Positions 9,373 through 19,231 of a stretch of DNA of 64,000 nt are shown here, piece by piece; position 1 is the stretch's first letter; each line of letters starts with the position of its first letter. Position numbers and translations under genes: made by a program. Source of the DNA: an uncultured archaeon (lineage in GTDB: Archaea; Thermoproteota; Nitrososphaeria; Nitrososphaerales; Gagatemarchaeaceae); contig CAWFOU010000007.1 of assembly GCA_963817525.1 (NCBI GenBank), positions 160,001 through 224,000 of the forward strand. Reading direction: 5' to 3'. Below the pieces are notes generated by a model that made no database searches, had not been told where the DNA came from, and worked only from the letters and a program-made list of their open reading frames with translations.

Positions 9373-10626
9373 TTGGAGCCCAGGCCGGGCGGGAACCTCT
9401 GGCATCATAGGGAGTTCATGCGCTTCTGGTTCGCCGACACGGTGAGCCAGTTCGGCAGCCAGTTCAGCGGCTTCGCGCTGCCCGTGCTGGCGGTGTTGAG
9501 CTTCGACGCCACTCCCCTAGACATCGGCATCATCACCGCGCTGGCCATCATCCCATACCCCCTCCTCGGGCTCTTCGTGGGAGTCTGGGCGGACAGGTTC
9601 AGGAAGAGGAGGATAATGATGGCCTGTAACTTTGGGCGGATGGCGACGCTCGGCTCCGTCCCAATCGGCTACGTGCTCGGGGTCCTGAGCCTGAACCAAC
9701 TCTTCGCTGTGTCCCTCGCGACAGGGATATTCTCGGTCTTCTTCGACATCTCCTATCAGGCGTACCTCCCCATCCTCGTGGACAAGGGAGACCTCATCGA
9801 GGGGAACCAGAAGCTCCAGCTCAGCGCCTCGGGGGCCCAGGTCGCCGGACCCGGGATAGCGGGGCTGGTCTACCAAGCTATCGGCGGCGCGTTCACGGTG
9901 GCGGCAGACTCGGTCGGGTACCTGGTCTCGGCGATCACCCTCCTCACCGTGAGGAAGGACGAGGCTCCGAAGGTGAGGGGCGACGGGGACCCCGCGCCCG
10001 ACTTCTTCGGCGAGATGAGGGAGGGCCTCCAGGTCGTCCTCGGCAACAGATACCTGCGGATGATCGCGGGGAGTACGGCGACCAGCAACCTCGGCACGAA
10101 CATGGTGGGGGCGGTCATGACCATCTTCGCCCTGAGGGTTCTGCACTTCACGACCACGGAGCTCGGCTTCGTCGGGTCGATAGGGGCCTTGGGGTTCCTG
10201 GCGGGGGTCATAGTCGTGAGGCGTTTCACCTCCGGGGTCGGGCTGGGGAGGGTGCTAGCGCTCTCCATCACGGTGCCCGGAGCCTTCGTCCTCATGCCGC
10301 TGGCTCTCCTCGGATACCCCTTCCTTGTCCTTGCCACCGTCTCCTTCGTGGTCGGCCTGAGCGTGCCCGCCTACAACATCAACCAGATCAGCCTCAGACA
10401 GGCGATAACGCCTGACCGTCTCCAGGGGAGGATGAACGCGACCATGCGCGTCATAGTCTGGGGTACGATACCCGTCGGCTCGCTCCTGGGCGGCCTTCTG
10501 GGCAACGACGTGGGGGTGGTGGACACCATCTACGTGGGGGGAGCCGTAGCGGCGCTGGCTGGAGCGTGGATCGCGCTAGGCCCGGTGATGAAGCTGAGGC
10601 GCCAGCCCGAGCCGGTCGAGGGCTAA
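9373..10626 (+). CDS. MFS transporter
   Basis: About 12 hydrophobic segments; GVWADRFRKR motif A; PDRLQGR. Confidence 0.92.
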   Translation: MEPRPGGNLWHHREFMRFWFADTVSQFGSQFSGFALPVLAVLSFDATPLDIGIITALAIIPYPLLGLFVGVWADRFRKRRIMMACNFGRMATLGSVPIGYVLGVLSLNQLFAVSLATGIFSVFFDISYQAYLPILVDKGDLIEGNQKLQLSASGAQVAGPGIAGLVYQAIGGAFTVAADSVGYLVSAITLLTVRKDEAPKVRGDGDPAPDFFGEMREGLQVVLGNRYLRMIAGSTATSNLGTNMVGAVMTIFALRVLHFTTTELGFVGSIGALGFLAGVIVVRRFTSGVGLGRVLALSITVPGAFVLMPLALLGYPFLVLATVSFVVGLSVPAYNINQISLRQAITPDRLQGRMNATMRVIVWGTIPVGSLLGGLLGNDVGVVDTIYVGGAVAALAGAWIALGPVMKLRRQPEPVEG

Positions 10627-10985
10627 CGCTGGGTCGGAGCTTCGGAGATGAATGGCAGGACCCACGCCTCTCCCCACGCTTTCAGGGCCTGCATTATCGG
10701 GCTTATCTGCCGCCCCTTCTCCGTCAGGGCGTACCTGACCGTGAAGGGCTGCGTGCCGAGGACATCCCTACGGACGATCTCCTCCTTCGTGAGGTACTTC
10801 AGGACGCGGGAGAGCGTCTTCGGGTCGATCCCGCAAGCGACCTTGAGCAGCTCGTTGAACCTCATCGGCCCCTCCAGGAGGTACCGGACCACGATGAGGC
10901 GCCACTGGTTCCCAATCGTCCGGGCCGACTCCACGGCGCCGCACAGGACGTAATCTTTCGTCCCCGTGCGCGAATAGTCGGCCAT
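10623..10985 (-). CDS. HxlR family transcriptional regulator
   Basis: C...IGNQWRLIVV..L..GPMRFNEL...YALTEKG pattern; divergent from the tautomerase gene. Confidence 0.88.
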   Translation of the reverse strand: MADYSRTGTKDYVLCGAVESARTIGNQWRLIVVRYLLEGPMRFNELLKVACGIDPKTLSRVLKYLTKEEIVRRDVLGTQPFTVRYALTEKGRQISPIMQALKAWGEAWVLPFISEAPTQR

Positions 10986-11085
10986 CGTGCGTCTCCTTCG
11001 CTTAGCTGGCATATTGTCCGCAGGTGGCGTCGGAGCCAGCAAGATATATTAGCTATCATTTTGCCATCTGATTCGAGTTTTACCC

Positions 11086-11526
11086 TTGCCCATGATAGAT
11101 GTCTACGCGCCGTCTGACCTCTTCCCTCCGGGGACGGACGGTCAGCTAGGGCACGAGCTCACGATGGCGGTGCTCCGCGCGGAGGGCGTCGCCACCCCGG
11201 GGCCGTTCCACCTCAACAACACGGCCGCGTTCATTCATCGGATGGACCCTCACGCCGTCCACACGGCCGCGACGGACTCCGCCCGCGTCGTGCGCGTCCA
11301 GGTCATCACGCCTCCCGGGGCGCTGGATCGCGAAGGGCAGAAGAGACTCGTCAAGGAGGTCACCGAAGCGGTGGCCAAGACCTCGGGCGACCCTACCCAG
11401 GCCGGCCGGACGTGGGTGATACTCACCGAGGCCGCGGAGGGAGGCTGGGGCCTTGCGGGGACGGCCTTTGGCCGCCAGGAGTTCGCGGACCTCGCCGCCA
11501 AGGCTGCCGCGGCGCGCGGGAAGTAG
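11086..11526 (+). CDS. Tautomerase superfamily protein
   Basis: N-terminal Pro after Met removal (MPMIDVY), double beta-alpha-beta size, WVILTEAAEGGWG. Confidence 0.8.
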   Translation: MPMIDVYAPSDLFPPGTDGQLGHELTMAVLRAEGVATPGPFHLNNTAAFIHRMDPHAVHTAATDSARVVRVQVITPPGALDREGQKRLVKEVTEAVAKTSGDPTQAGRTWVILTEAAEGGWGLAGTAFGRQEFADLAAKAAAARGK

Positions 11527-11553
11527 CCGCGCGACGTTTCGGGCTGACACAGA

Positions 11554-11847
11554 TCAGAGCGCGATTCCGAAGCCCTTGACAAAGGCCTCGGCCTTCCTGA
11601 CGTTGTCGATGAACTCAAGCCCCTTGGGCGTGAGCACATAGTATCTGCTGTCCTCCTCCTGCCTCTCCTCGAGGAGCTGCTTGTTCACCAGTTCTTGCAG
11701 GTGCTTGTTCAGCCTGTCGTAGGCTAGGTTGGCCTTCTGGAGGATGCGCGTTGGCTTGGCCCGCCCCTCGTCGCGGACCGTGACGAGGATGTCCAGGTAG
11801 GTCTTCAGCGTGCTGCGGGCCTTCTCAGGTTGAACCAATGCGTCCAC
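11554..11847 (-). CDS. Archaeal winged-helix DNA-binding protein (HTH_45-like)
   Basis: YLDIL...KPTRILQKANLAY...YVLTPKG; overlaps the upstream membrane gene. Confidence 0.85.
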   Translation of the reverse strand: MDALVQPEKARSTLKTYLDILVTVRDEGRAKPTRILQKANLAYDRLNKHLQELVNKQLLEERQEEDSRYYVLTPKGLEFIDNVRKAEAFVKGFGIAL

Positions 11848-12505
11848 TCCTTATCACGAAGGCCAGCAGAGAGAGGAATCCGAGGAACTGGACGGTCGCG
11901 GCGATGAGGTACTCGGTCCCGGAGATGGCGAGTATCGAGTGCAGGACGACCACGTGCCCGACGAAGATGAGCGCAAATCCCAGCAGGACGAGGAGCGAGG
12001 AGTTGTCGCGCCCCTTGGAGTAGATGAGGAACCCCTGGAAGATGATGAAGACGAGGATGAGGAGGATGACGAACTCGAGCCCAAGGTAGAGGTAGTAGAG
12101 CAGGAGGGCGAGCCCCACGAGCTTCGCTACCTTGGCCTTGGTCGCGTAGACAACGAAGCCAGACGCCGCCTCCGACAGGAGGCTAGTAGTCCTGCCGAAC
12201 GCGGCCTGCGCGTAACCTACGGCGATGACTAGCAGGGCGGCGACCTGCAGGAAGAGATAGACCAGGTTCTCTAGGAGCTCGAAGGTCCTGAGCCTGGTGG
12301 CGGACACGATGGTCAGCCCCAGGGAGACGGTGGTGACCGCCTCCACCAGGAGGGCGGCCCCGAGGAGCATGAATCCGAAGCTGATCGCGCTGAGCACGCT
12401 GCTGTCGATGAGCCTCCTAGCCTGGAAGGCGTAGTAGCTCACGAGCAGGGCGATTATTCCGCTGAAGAGGTCGAAGGCTACGACGAGAGGTATCGTGTCT
12501 GCCAT
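11825..12505 (-). CDS. Uncharacterised integral membrane protein (6-7 TM)
   Basis: Alternating long hydrophobic segments; coupled to the wHTH gene. Confidence 0.8.
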   Translation of the reverse strand: MADTIPLVVAFDLFSGIIALLVSYYAFQARRLIDSSVLSAISFGFMLLGAALLVEAVTTVSLGLTIVSATRLRTFELLENLVYLFLQVAALLVIAVGYAQAAFGRTTSLLSEAASGFVVYATKAKVAKLVGLALLLYYLYLGLEFVILLILVFIIFQGFLIYSKGRDNSSLLVLLGFALIFVGHVVVLHSILAISGTEYLIAATVQFLGFLSLLAFVIRSGRIGST

Positions 12506-12560
12506 GCAAATTTCATCTTATTCGAGAGTGTTTTTCGAGGATTTCATCGTGTTGTACTCT

Positions 12561-12585
12561 GCGTATATACGCCGCGTATACACGG
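12561..12585. promoter_or_regulatory. Palindromic operator-like element in a divergent promoter
   Basis: Perfect 12-bp palindrome GCGTATATACGC (12561-12572), followed by the related CGCGTATACACG. Confidence 0.4.
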
Positions 12586-12641
12586 ACCGTTCCTTCCCAA
12601 TAAATAGATTCCAGCGTTCGTGCGAGTCGAGGAAAAAGAAA

Positions 12642-13211
12642 TTGAAGACGACAAGCACGAAAATAGCGTCACTGGGCGCGGCGGTAGGGATCGTGGCGGC
12701 ACTCCTGGCTCTGTCGGGGGCGCTGACACCGGTCTTCGCGGCGACCCCACAGGCGACGAGCGCAGCCACCACATCTTCCGTCAGCACGGCGAACATCCCC
12801 GGCCTCACGGTCGGACAGACCATCACCATCACAAGCACCTCTGGCCACTTCTACGTGGTCGGGGATAAGTCAGAGACAGGCCCGGCATCCGGCACGGTGA
12901 CCTTGACCGTAACTGGCAAGTTCGCCGGGGGATACAGCCTCTCCATCACGACCGGAAGCCTCGGCGTCAACGGGACGACGTACGCCATCGCGTCCGGATC
13001 GGCGGAGATGGGACCATACGCGCATCACCTGGTCGGGCAGGGAACTACCACACCCGTAACAACCACACCCGGGACGACCGCGTCGGGATCGTTCCTGATG
13101 AAGGCGACCGCACGTGGGAGCTTCGCGGGTGAGTACGCGACAGCGACGCTAGACCTTCAGACTGGGGCAACCGAGTACATCATTTCCCTCATAGGCACGG
13201 TCCAGGGCTAG
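12642..13211 (+). CDS. Secreted Thr/Gly-rich beta-strand protein (paralog A)
   Basis: TTG start, basic N-terminus, hydrophobic signal, VFA-A cleavage-like site; C-domain clearly homologous to 19232-19903. Confidence 0.8.
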   Translation: MKTTSTKIASLGAAVGIVAALLALSGALTPVFAATPQATSAATTSSVSTANIPGLTVGQTITITSTSGHFYVVGDKSETGPASGTVTLTVTGKFAGGYSLSITTGSLGVNGTTYAIASGSAEMGPYAHHLVGQGTTTPVTTTPGTTASGSFLMKATARGSFAGEYATATLDLQTGATEYIISLIGTVQG

Positions 13212-13214
13212 AGT

Positions 13215-13240
13215 ACTCGGCCCTCCCCCTTTTTTTCTTC
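13215..13240 (+). terminator. Archaeal oligo-T terminator
   Basis: ACTCGGCCC...T7 just after the stop; a similar element follows the paralog at 19913-19930. Confidence 0.55.
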
Positions 13241-13253
13241 CCAGCAAGACCGC

Positions 13254-14000
13254 TCACTTCCACTTTGTGAGTATCTCTTCCCTGCGGAAGGTGGCCGTCG
13301 TAACGAAGAAGAGGAGCACGTCGGCCGCGAGGACGGCGCCCGTGATGATCAATAGGTTCTCCACGGAGCCGAGGTCGATGATGCCGAGCTCTCCGCCGAG
13401 ATAGAGCCCCGCGAAGGGAAGGACTGAGAGGACGCCAACCTGCTGACCGGTCCTGACGTCGCTTATCCTCGAGGAGACTATCACGTTCATCTGGACGCTC
13501 ATCAACAACGCTAGCGGGGCCAGCACAAAGAAGGTGAGCACCGCCCCCCAGGTCGGGAAGTAGTAGTAGCCCAGCTCGCTGTGAGTGACGAGGTCGACGA
13601 GGCCCATGAACACCACCGATGCTCCCAATATTGCGACCAACGGCGGGAGGAAGGCCGCTAGCCCTTTACCAAGCAGGATCTCACTGTCCGTCGTGGGAGT
13701 GGCCAAAAGCGGCTCGAGGCTCTTCTCCACCTTCTCCCCAACCAGTGTATAAGACGCGATGGGTGTTGGGAGATAGGCGCCCAGTATCACGTAGAAGAAG
13801 CCGAAGGCGGGAAGGAGCAGCACCAGCTCTGCCGGTGGGATGCCGCTCGCTCCGTTCTTGCGTCCCGCGTACGCTAGAATTGCGGGAAAGAGGATGGTGA
13901 CTAGGGTTGGAACCACAGCCAGCGCGTAGATTATGTTCTTCCTCTTCCTGAATGTCTTGAAATCCTTCGCTGCGATGATCCAGGACTTTGATAGCTTCAT
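13254..14000 (-). CDS. ABC-2 type permease
   Basis: VGEKVEKSLEPLLATP motif and six TM segments. Confidence 0.9.
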   Translation of the reverse strand: MKLSKSWIIAAKDFKTFRKRKNIIYALAVVPTLVTILFPAILAYAGRKNGASGIPPAELVLLLPAFGFFYVILGAYLPTPIASYTLVGEKVEKSLEPLLATPTTDSEILLGKGLAAFLPPLVAILGASVVFMGLVDLVTHSELGYYYFPTWGAVLTFFVLAPLALLMSVQMNVIVSSRISDVRTGQQVGVLSVLPFAGLYLGGELGIIDLGSVENLLIITGAVLAADVLLFFVTTATFRREEILTKWK

Positions 14001-14921
14001 TCAGGGCAGCTCTTTCACAAGTTTCAGGTACGCGTCCTCGAGGGAGGAGCCGATGACGGAGACCGACTGGACGTTCCCCCCAGCCAGGACTATCGCGCCG
14101 ACGATGGCGGCGTTCTCCTTGTCCGGGTCCTTCACGTCGATCGTGAGCTTGTTTCCGTCTACCGACATTCCTGCAACTGGAAGATTCCGAAGAGCAGTAA
14201 GCACCGAATCGTTCACCTGCTCGAGCTGAATCACCGTCCTCCTGACCGTCACCTTGCCTTCGAGCTCCTCCGGAGTGCCGATCGCCATCAGTCTGGCGTT
14301 CAGTATCCCAATCCTGTCGCAGATCTTCTGTGCCTCGTCGAGGTTGTGGGTGTTGAGGAAGATGGTCCTCTTCTCTCTCTTGAGCTCCAAGATGAAGTCC
14401 CTGACGGTCTTCGATGACTCGGGGTCCAGGTTCGCCGTCGGCTCGTCCATGAAGAGGACCGTCGGGTCGTGTATGAGGGCGCGCGCTATGGCGAGCTTCT
14501 GCTTCATACCCTTGGAGAACGTGCCTGCCGCCACGTCCTTCTTGTCCCAGAGCCCCAGAAGGGTGAGGAATTTCTGGATGTTCTCCTTCCTCTGGGCCTC
14601 CGGGCAGTCGTAGAGCTTCCCGTAAAAGTCCAGGTTCTCATAGGCTGTGAGGTCATCGTAGAGGCCCACGTTGTCGGGCACCAACCCGATGAGCTTCCTT
14701 ATGTTCAGAGAGTCCGAATCCTTCCCGACGTCGTAGTCGCCTATCCTCGCCTCCCCGCTGGTCTTCGATATCAGGCAGCAGAGCATCCTCACGGTTGTGG
14801 TCTTCCCCGCCCCGTTCGGGCCCAGGAAGCCGAAGACTTCGCCCTGCTCGACGCGTAGGGTGACGCCGTCGACCGCGGTGAGGTCGCCGAACTTCTTGGT
14901 GAGGTTGGTGGTCTCGATCAA
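14001..14921 (-). CDS. ABC exporter ATP-binding protein
   Basis: GPNGAGKT, FSKGMKQK, MDEPT and H-loop. Confidence 0.95.
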   Translation of the reverse strand: MIETTNLTKKFGDLTAVDGVTLRVEQGEVFGFLGPNGAGKTTTVRMLCCLISKTSGEARIGDYDVGKDSDSLNIRKLIGLVPDNVGLYDDLTAYENLDFYGKLYDCPEAQRKENIQKFLTLLGLWDKKDVAAGTFSKGMKQKLAIARALIHDPTVLFMDEPTANLDPESSKTVRDFILELKREKRTIFLNTHNLDEAQKICDRIGILNARLMAIGTPEELEGKVTVRRTVIQLEQVNDSVLTALRNLPVAGMSVDGNKLTIDVKDPDKENAAIVGAIVLAGGNVQSVSVIGSSLEDAYLKLVKELP

Positions 14922-14975
14922 ACGCGTGCCCGGCGCGTGGACCTTTTGCCGCTTCTCAGATAACGCTTTGCTGGG

Positions 14976-17591
14976 TTATGAGCCGGTGGGCTTCCCGGAC
15001 GCCTGCTCCTCGGTCTTGGCGACGCGTTGGGAGATCTTGGTCGGCCACCAGTTGAACCTCTCGGCGAGTGCCATCAGGGCGGGGACGAAGAGGAGGATCA
15101 CGATTCCCACGTCGACTAGGACCGCGGCCGCCACGACGAAGCCTATCTCACCCAGGAGAGCAATCCTCGTGACTATGAGCGAACTGAAGACGGTCGCCAG
15201 GACCAGCCCTAGCCCGAATATCGTGACCCACACCTTGTCGAGGGCCGTCCTGATGGCGTCCCTGTCGGTCCTCCCGTTCAGGACCTCCTCACGGATCCTG
15301 GTCACGAAGAAGATGTCATAGTCTATGCCCACCCCTAGCATCGTCACCACGACGAAGAGCGGGGCAAAGTCGAGGATGGGCAGGCCCTGTGCATAGTAGT
15401 AGATTATGACGAGGAGGGCCATCGAGAACGCCACGCTGCAGAGTATCGTGAAGATCAGCCGGATCGGCGTGAAGGCGGATCTCAGCTGGATGAGAAGGAT
15501 GACGTACACCGCCGCGGCGAGGACGAGGATGACCTGTGGGAGGATTCCGTTGAGGAAGGACTGGCTGTCGTAGGTCGACTGGGTCTCCCCGCCGTAGTAG
15601 ACGGAGACTCCCTTCAGGAGCGGCTGGTGGGAGACCGCCGACTCGACCTTGAGGAGCGTGTCGATCGCCGCCTGGCTCTGGCCGTCGCTCTGGAGCCCGA
15701 CCATTATCGAAGCCGTCTCGTTGTTCGCGCCGATGTAGGAGAGCATCCCGGCGAGGTACTGCTCCCGGACGGGCACGGGGAGCTGCGCCAGGCCTGTGTA
15801 GTTGAATGGCGTGCCGTACGGGCTGGTCGGCCCAGTGGAGCTGACGACCCCGGGGACGGAGGAGGCAGCGGAGCTGATCTGCTCGATCTGCTTGAGCAGG
15901 GTCTGGTTGAACTGGTCGTCGCCGTACACGATGGGGGTGGAGGTGGTCACGACTATCGAGGTGGGCGCCGTCGCGGCGCTCCCCAGCTCGTCGGTGATGA
16001 CCGTGAGGCCTTGGTTGGACGGGAAGTCGGGGAAGAGCTTCAGGATGTTCGCGCCGCTGGGCGCGCTCTGTGAGAGGTAGAACGCGCCGAGGGCCAGGGC
16101 GGAGACCACGAGGATTATCGCGATCCTCTTGTCGATGGTGTTCTCCGCCAGGCTGTTCAGCCGGGAACGCTTCGGGCGCTGGACCAGCTTGGTCCTGTTG
16201 AGCCCGGGCCAGAAGAGGCGGTCCTTGAGCGCTAGCTCGAGCGACGGGAGGAGCGTCAGGGCGGCGAGGATGAGGATCGAGACGGCGATCGCGATCGAGG
16301 TGCCCACGCCGCTGAAGAGCGGGACGTTGGCCACCGCCATCACGATGTAGGCGACCACCACGGTTATCCCCGCGGTGAGCACCGCCTGACCCGCCCACCG
16401 GACTGACGTCGAGACGCTGTCCTCGGTTGACTTGCCGTTCAACCTCTCCTCCCTCGTCCTCCTGAGCTGGAGGACGGAGTAGTCGATGGCGAGCCCCAGG
16501 GTGAGCAGAATCGTCAGCGCGGGCGTGAGGAACGTGAGCGTGCCGTGGCCGAGGATCGTGACGCTGTAGTAGATGGTGGGGAGGGCGATCGCTATCGCGA
16601 TCCCTCCGACGATGACGGGCACGATTGCGGCAAGCGGTGCCAGGAGGAGCACCCCGACTATCGCGAGCGCCGCGAGGACGCCCGGGACGACGGTTATCCC
16701 GAGGACAGGCCCGAACACCTTCGAGATGTCCTGCGTGAGGACCGCGCCGCCGGTCACATAGTAGGTGCCCAACGCGGGGATCGCCGAGCTCCCTATGTCG
16801 GACCTGAAGGCGGCTATCATGTCGGGGCTGGGCGCGCCCGCGAAGTTGTAGATCACGATCATCGTGCTGTTGTCGGGGCTGACGAAGTTGCTCGTCAGGG
16901 AGCGGGAGAGCACGAGCGGGTAGTCCGTGTAGGACTCGTTCGCCACGGCGGCGAGCTCCGCGGCGCGGACCTGGGAGGCGCCGGTCCCCGAGCCCAAGGA
17001 TGAGAGGAAGGCGCCCATCCGGGCCGCGTTGACCTTGAAGAGCGGGGAGCCGGATAACGAGGAGGCGCTGCCGTTGGCGACGAGTTGCGACGCGACGTCC
17101 CACGACTGCTGGGCCGTCAGGGGATGGCCTGCGGGGGCCATCGCGGCCACGCTCGAGTTGAGCTGGGAGACCTGCGCCACCAGCGAGGGCATGACGGAGG
17201 CCAGGAAAGAGTACTCCGTGCTGAAGACGCTGCTCAGCCCGGTGAAGTTCTTCGCCAGCGTGTGGTCTGTGGCCACGGTCTGGTTGAAGGCCAAGACGGC
17301 CGACTCCACGGAGCTCGAGTAGACCGGGCTGCTCTGGATCACCACGATGATCCCGTCGTCGCTCGAGTTGACAGAGCGGGGGAACTGCGCGTTGATGATG
17401 TTCTGAGCCTGCTGCGACTCGGAGTTGGTGGGTCCTCCGAAGCTTGAGCCCGCCACGTTGTATGAGACGTGGCTGAAGAAGACGGAGATCTGTGAGCCCG
17501 CGACGATGACCGCGATGATCCACGCTACGATGATGAGCTTGTGATACCTCCTAAGGAAGGAGTTGAACGGGTCGAACCTTGAGCGTGCCAA
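14976..17591 (-). CDS. MMPL/RND family transporter
   Basis: Duplicated halves with GLAIDY and GVGIDY..RIREE; two large extracellular loops. Confidence 0.92.
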   Translation of the reverse strand: MARSRFDPFNSFLRRYHKLIIVAWIIAVIVAGSQISVFFSHVSYNVAGSSFGGPTNSESQQAQNIINAQFPRSVNSSDDGIIVVIQSSPVYSSSVESAVLAFNQTVATDHTLAKNFTGLSSVFSTEYSFLASVMPSLVAQVSQLNSSVAAMAPAGHPLTAQQSWDVASQLVANGSASSLSGSPLFKVNAARMGAFLSSLGSGTGASQVRAAELAAVANESYTDYPLVLSRSLTSNFVSPDNSTMIVIYNFAGAPSPDMIAAFRSDIGSSAIPALGTYYVTGGAVLTQDISKVFGPVLGITVVPGVLAALAIVGVLLLAPLAAIVPVIVGGIAIAIALPTIYYSVTILGHGTLTFLTPALTILLTLGLAIDYSVLQLRRTREERLNGKSTEDSVSTSVRWAGQAVLTAGITVVVAYIVMAVANVPLFSGVGTSIAIAVSILILAALTLLPSLELALKDRLFWPGLNRTKLVQRPKRSRLNSLAENTIDKRIAIILVVSALALGAFYLSQSAPSGANILKLFPDFPSNQGLTVITDELGSAATAPTSIVVTTSTPIVYGDDQFNQTLLKQIEQISSAASSVPGVVSSTGPTSPYGTPFNYTGLAQLPVPVREQYLAGMLSYIGANNETASIMVGLQSDGQSQAAIDTLLKVESAVSHQPLLKGVSVYYGGETQSTYDSQSFLNGILPQVILVLAAAVYVILLIQLRSAFTPIRLIFTILCSVAFSMALLVIIYYYAQGLPILDFAPLFVVVTMLGVGIDYDIFFVTRIREEVLNGRTDRDAIRTALDKVWVTIFGLGLVLATVFSSLIVTRIALLGEIGFVVAAAVLVDVGIVILLFVPALMALAERFNWWPTKISQRVAKTEEQASGKPTGS

Positions 17592-17656
17592 CCGTTTTTC
17601 GGGCCTTTGAATACTTCATTTAAGCCTTGGGAGTGCGGGGGCCAATCTGCAAGCCC

Positions 17657-18826
17657 TCACGAGTCGCCCTTCCTGCCGAGGAGGAGGGGTACTACGAGGG
17701 AGACCGAGAGGATCCCGAGGATGATCAGCGAGTAGGCGAGCCCGTCTATCAGGCCGCTGCCCAGGGCGACCGAGGCGATCACTATCCCGACCGCGCCCCT
17801 CCCTCCGAGGGTGACCGCGATCTGCTTGGCAGCGTCCCGCTCGCCCACTTTGAGGATGTTCTTCACCGCGAAGTAGCTGAGGCCGATGCACAGCACGAGC
17901 GCCACGGCGACCACTACCGCCAGCCTCGGGATGTACTCGAACTGTGACGCGGAAAGATCAGCCTCGAGACCGGCGAGCCCGAAGAAAAGCGGGATGAAGA
18001 GCGCCCTGTTCATCCTGGCGAAGGTCGTCGATATCTCGTGGAAGGCCTTCCTACCGATGAGGCCGTCGTGCACTATGAGGCCCGCGAAGAACGCACCGAT
18101 GATGTAGCTCAGCCCGATCGCCTGAAAGAGGCCCGCCACGAAGAGGCCCACCAGGATGAGGATTGCGTAGGACATATCCTCGCGCCTCACGAGCTTCCCC
18201 GCCCTCTCGACCAACCGCCGAAAAGCGGTGGGCCTGAAGTTGAGCACCCAGTCAACGACTACCAACGCCACGATCAGGATGCCCGTGTAGGCCACGACCG
18301 AGACTGTGCTCCGGACCGGCTGTGATATCGCCACCAGCAGGACGAACGCCACGACGTCGGCCACCGTCACGGTCGAGAGGATCACCCGCCCGGTCTCCTT
18401 CTCCAGCAGGTTGTACTGCATCACCAGGACCGAGATTATCGATATCGAGGGCACGGCGACCGCCATGGCCACCACGAGGTCTGAGACCGCCCCGAAGGGG
18501 AAGAGAAGAAGGCAGAGCGCGAAGCCCGCGAACATCGGGACGATGAAGGCGGTGTCAGCGAGGAGTATCCCGTGGAGGATGTGCTTCCTCACCATCTCCG
18601 TGTTCATCTCGAACCCGATCAGGAATATGATGAAGAAGAGCGCCAGCGAGGAGATCGCCTGCACCTGGACGTTCGTAGTCACTACGTTCAAGATGGTCGG
18701 GCCCAGGATCAGGCCGCTCAGGAGCTCGCCCGCTACGGAGGGGAGCCTGAACTGCTCGAAGACCTCACCCGTGAGGATGGCCGCCGCGAGGACAATCAGC
18801 ACCTGGATGATTATCTCGTAGGTCAA
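17657..18826 (-). CDS. Cation:proton antiporter (CPA2/Kef-type)
   Basis: LPSVAGELLSGLILGP, IIGAFFAGL, FIPLFF and RGAVG. TTG 18826 preferred; the ORF opens at 18892. Confidence 0.9.
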   Translation of the reverse strand: MTYEIIIQVLIVLAAAILTGEVFEQFRLPSVAGELLSGLILGPTILNVVTTNVQVQAISSLALFFIIFLIGFEMNTEMVRKHILHGILLADTAFIVPMFAGFALCLLLFPFGAVSDLVVAMAVAVPSISIISVLVMQYNLLEKETGRVILSTVTVADVVAFVLLVAISQPVRSTVSVVAYTGILIVALVVVDWVLNFRPTAFRRLVERAGKLVRREDMSYAILILVGLFVAGLFQAIGLSYIIGAFFAGLIVHDGLIGRKAFHEISTTFARMNRALFIPLFFGLAGLEADLSASQFEYIPRLAVVVAVALVLCIGLSYFAVKNILKVGERDAAKQIAVTLGGRGAVGIVIASVALGSGLIDGLAYSLIILGILSVSLVVPLLLGRKGDS

Positions 18827-18905
18827 GTCCCATCGTCTCTCCTCTTCGCGCCGCTCGACACTGTCCCCAGGCCGGGCACTTAAGCGAGACAATGAAGTGG
18901 GGACT

Positions 18906-19075
18906 TCAGACCGGCTCCAGGATCAGTTCTGGACCCTTCTGGGTCTTGAGGACGATCGAAGCTGACGGTTCTCCTCTAGTGGAGGTGCACCATCTCTTCG
19001 AGATTGGAGAGGGCCGCGACCACCCGTCCATCTCGGGCTGCTCGACCAAGACGTCAACGAAGACGAGGGACCGTG
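18906..19075 (-). pseudogene. Possible decayed Lrp/AsnC ligand-binding-domain remnant
   Basis: Joining frames gives SLVFVDVLVEQPEMD/VVAALSNLEEMVHLH.../SIVLKTQKGP; broken and truncated. Confidence 0.25.
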
Positions 19076-19156
19076 CTACCGGTCCAGCCCCGGAAGGCCG
19101 CCGGCCATGTAGCTTGCACGAGGCCGAACCTCCGGAAAGTTGCGCGCATCTGGCAA

Positions 19157-19201
19157 CGATTCTCTACCGATTTGGGAAGGATAATGGAAATCCAGTAAAT
19201 A
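19157..19201 (+). promoter_or_regulatory. Conserved 45-bp promoter/operator element, copy 1
   Basis: CGATTCTCTAccGATTTGGGAAggataatGGAAATCCAgTAAATA; 36/45 gapless identity to the reverse complement of 25434-25478; ends in a TATA-like box about 30 nt before ATG 19232. Confidence 0.75.
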
Positions 19202-19231
19202 CTCGGTGGCCCTTGCTGGTCTTGACGAAAC

